DNA from: the human T2T-CHM13v2.0 reference genome, Homo sapiens | Length of the DNA stretch: 64,000 nt | Reading direction: 5' to 3' (one strand) | Assembly: GCF_009914755.1 (NCBI RefSeq) | Contig: NC_060947.1 | Part shown: positions 60,700 to 64,000 of the stretch, one piece after another | Layout: every line of letters starts with the position of its first letter | How positions within the stretch are numbered: the first letter of the stretch is position 1 | Position numbers and translations under genes: made by a program | The notes under the pieces: model-generated | What the model was told of the DNA's origin: nothing | Databases searched by the model: none | The model's input: only the letters and a program-made list of their open reading frames with translations

Positions 60700-61740
60700 A
60701 CAAACAACTCCATGTTTGAGATGTAACTTAGAAAAAAGTTCAATAAAATATATACCTCTAATAAAGCTTCCTTAGGAAGCGCAACAAAAATTTACACTGA
60801 AGGGATAATTTAAGAAGATACATTCACAAGGATAAGGATTGCAGGAGATAAGCCAAAGCCAACACAATTTTAGAAGCTGGAAAATAAGCTAAGAGGAAAG
60901 GAGAGAGAAGAGACTTACCAGACCTAAGAAAGCCAAATGCCAAGCTGGCTGTGAAGAAAGCAAGTAATAATCTGATTCATACCAGAAAAGAAATCCCCAG
61001 TAAGCTCAGGAACTGGCAGAGAAGTTGAAAGAAAAATAAGGTGAAGGTTGTTTGATGATCAATTTAAATCTTCTGCACTTTACTCCACTCAGAGTCTTCC
61101 CTTTTCCCCTCAAAACATAAGATTAGATGTTTGTTTTCTGGGGAGATGAAAATAAAAAATCTATGGATTTGTGGGATGTCAGGCTTAGATGGTTGGAGCC
61201 ATGTCAAAAACACTGGAGTAAGCGAACATATATATGCAAATTTCTGAGAACACACTTTATACCACTTTCCCACTCAGTTCCGAAACAACGATATTTAAAC
61301 CTCTACCTTCTTACATAAAAGACACAAGCCAGTAAATAGGAAAAAAAGCAGTTTAGGGAAGACAGACTACACAGAAAGAAAAAAACTTAAGGAAAAACAA
61401 TCAATATATTTGGAGATATAGAAAAGATGTTACAACTATAATCAAGAATAGGAGGATATAATAAAAACTCGTTTTGAAAAAACAAGCTGTTAGAAATAAA
61501 CAATAATAGTTTTTTCAAGAATTAATAGAATATTTGAAATATGAGGTAGGTAAAATCTTCCAAAAGGTTAACAGGAAAAGAGGGCAGTCCAGGAGATTTA
61601 ACATTGGAAAAGAATTCCAGAAAGAAAGAAATTGAGAGGAAAAAAGTTACTAGAATTATTTTTAACATTTTTCAGAGCTAAAGAACATGAGTTTCCAGGT
61701 GGAAAGGGCACGTTGACTTTCCCGCACACATGCAAAAAAT
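60700..61740 (+). mobile_element. HAL1 or ancient L1ME ORF1-region remnant
   Basis: A-rich decayed ORF1-like sequence; agtccaggagatttaacatt..aattccagaaaga..catgagtttccaggtggaaagggc. Confidence 0.5.
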
Positions 61741-62078
61741 GAGAGGTGTTCCCTGCTGTGTAGGACCTTGTGTGGCTATGCACACTTTATCCTGCTAGAA
61801 CACACGGAAATGCTAAAAGAAGTTGCCTCTGAGGAAGGAAAGAAAGTGGTTCGGAAAAGGGAGTACACTTTTTACTGAATCTTTGTGGCCCCTTTTCATT
61901 CTAAATTCTGAATTCATGCATAGATCTTGCTTTTAAAAAAATATTGTAACAACGTTTAAATAAGATGTACCCACTTAAATTTTAAGTGCACAATAAAATA
62001 TTGTTACCTATAAACACAATGTTTCACAGCAAATCGCTAGAACTTACTCATCTTGCATAACTGAAACTTCATACCAAT

Positions 62079-63558
62079 TGTAGTACTGTGTCCGGAATTG
62101 GTGGGTTCTTGGTCTCGCTGACTTCAAGAATGAAGCCGCGGACCCTTGCAGTGAGTGTTACAGTTCTTAAATATGGTGTGTCCTGAGTTTGTTCCTTCTC
62201 ATGTTCGGACGTGTTCGGAGTTTCTTCCTTCTGGTGGGTTCGTGATCTCGCTGGCTTCAGAAGTGAAGCTGCAGACCTTCGCGGAGACGCGCTGAGTGTT
62301 ACAGTGTTACAGCTCTCAAGGCTGCAAGTCTGGAGTTGTTCATCCCTCCCGGTGGTCTCCCTTGCCTCAGAAGTGAACCTGCAGATCTTCTTGGTGAGTG
62401 TTACGGCTCATAAAAGTCAATGTTACAGTGGCATGGACCCAATGAGTGAGCAGCAGCAAGACTTACTGCCAAGAGCAAAAGAACAAAGTTCCCACAGCAC
62501 AGAACGGGACCCCAGCAGATTGCCACTGCTGGCTGGGGTGGCCTGCTTTTATTCCTTTATCTGGCCCCACCCACATCTACTGATTGGTCCATTTTACAGA
62601 GAGCTGATTGGTCCATTTTACAGAGAGCTAATTGGTCCGTTTTTGACAGAGTGTTGATTGGTGCGTTTACAAACCTTTAGCTAGACACAGAGTGCTGATT
62701 GGTGCATTTACAATCCTTTAGCTAGACACAAAAGTTCTCCAAGTCCCCACCCATCCCAGAAGCCCAGCTGGATTCACCTCTCAGTGGCACTGGCTGTAGG
62801 ACTTTAAGGCACCTAGCCCAGGCACTCCAGCAGCCCAGAGGGAGCTCATCCCTTAGCCCAGGCACTCCAGCAGCTCAGAGGGAGCTCATCCCCCAATCAA
62901 GCTCAGCAGGCGCAGCGGCCAGAGTGTGGGGCCCGTTGAGCCGGCGCCCACCTAGAACCTGCGCTGTGTGGTGCCACACCGCAGCCCCAGGCTCCAGCGG
63001 GCACCTCTCCCTCCACACCTCCCTGCCAGCAGAGGGAGCTGGCTCCAGCCCCAGCCAGCCCCAAAGAGGGGCCCCCACAGTGCAGCTGTGGGCTGAAGGG
63101 CTCCTCCAGTGCGGCCAGAGTAGACGCCGAGGCGGCAGCGAGAGCAAGCAAGTGCTACTAGCACATTGTCACCTCTCAGTAGTCTGTTTTTACGCTGCTA
63201 TAGATATTACCCACGACTAAGTAATTTATAAGGAAAAGAGGTTTAATTGACTCAGAGTTCCACATGGCTGGGGAGGCCTTAGGAAACTTACAATCATGGC
63301 AGAAAGGGAAGCACACACATCTTATATGCTGGCAGGCAAAAGAGAGAGCATGTGGAAGCGCACGAACTCTACCATGTATAAAACTATCAGATTTTGTGAG
63401 AATTCACTCACTATCATGAGAACAGCATGGGGGAAACCGCCCCCATAATTTGATCACTTCCCTCACTCAAGGTGTGGGGATTACAGGTTCCTCCCTTGAC
63501 ACGTGGGAATTACAATTCCAGATAAGATTTGGTGAAAACACAGAGGCACACTATATCA
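62079..63558 (-). mobile_element. THE1D/MSTA-like LTR (pieces 62079-62086 and 63179-63558)
   Basis: tgtagtag|tctgtttttacgctgcta..cacactatatca; 5-bp TSD ccaat at 62074-62078 and 63559-63563. Confidence 0.88.
62087..63178 (-). mobile_element. LTR12 (ERV9) solo LTR, long form (LTR12D/E-like)
   Basis: Ends tgtgtccggaattggtggg and gtcacctctca; five gctgattgg-type repeats; GC-rich U3; TSD gta(c/g). Confidence 0.93.
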
Positions 63559-63874
63559 CCAATTGAACAGCAACTTCCCATTTCATATTTCCCCCTATCC
63601 CCACCAACCCTGGCAAACACCATTCTACTCTCTGCTTCTGTGAGAACAAAACCATCTTTGATTATTTTAGATACCTCATGTAAATGGAATTGTGCAGTAT
63701 CTATCCTTTTGTGTGTGGCTTATTCTCCATGTTCACCCATGTCACATATGGTAGGATCTCCTTCTTTTGGAAGGCTGAATAATATAAGGTTGTATATATG
63801 TGCCACATTTTATTTTTCCATTCATCTGCAAATGGGCATTTAGGTTGTTTCTACATTGGGGCTATGAATTTTTG

Positions 63875-64000
63875 TAATAATAGCTTACATTTATTGAGCA
63901 ATATATAGGTTTTTTTAGGCATTGTTCAATTGTCTTCACATGAATGAACTCATTTAATTGTCACAGCAACGCTAATATGATTATCCCCATTTTACACATA
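63875..64000 (-). mobile_element. MIR running off the window
   Basis: taataatagcttacatttattgagca..ctcatttaatt..attatccccattttaca. Confidence 0.8.

Larger units (their letters stand above)
61935..63870 (-). mobile_element. L1MA9/L1MB-type 3' end (pieces 61935-62078 and 63559-63870)
   Basis: ctagaacttactcatcttgcataactgaaact..ccaat joins tgaacagcaacttccc..ccctggcaaacaccattctactctctgcttctgtgag. Confidence 0.8.

Noticed and set aside
62578-62730. Repeated gctgattgg units resembling a CRISPR array
   Set aside because: Standard LTR12 U3 tandem repeats with no unique spacers; eukaryotic DNA and no cas genes
62211-63220. ORFs of 70-148 aa
   Set aside because: Chance read-throughs of LTR12 sequence, including its tandem repeats

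Overview
Primate (catarrhine, human-like: AluY and LTR12 present) AT-rich intergenic or intronic DNA that is mostly transposable-element fossils. I find no supportable host protein-coding gene, RNA gene or CRISPR array; the ORF track consists of decayed ERV pol/env, L1 ORF1/ORF2, Alu and microsatellite read-throughs. From left to right: a HERV-L pol remnant fused to a 3'-truncated L1MA-type element carrying an AluY; old L1/L2/MIR/Alu debris; a complete but non-coding MER57-type provirus (18547-25460, minus strand, with both LTRs, tRNA-Leu PBS, PPT, GAGT TSD and an env immunosuppressive-domain remnant) hosting two nested LTRs; Tigger3, THE1, MER4 and several L1PA/L1PB elements; and a triple nest L1>THE1>LTR12 at the right end. 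The most interesting non-routine signals are (i) a ~170-185 bp-arm local inverted duplication at 45362-45899 and (ii) a nested solo LTR with a 69-bp tandem module of NF-kB, AP-1 and CCAAT sites at 23525-23718. I do not see a clearly new biological system. Subfamily names come from recall of consensus sequences, not a database search, and boundaries of ancient repeats are approximate.
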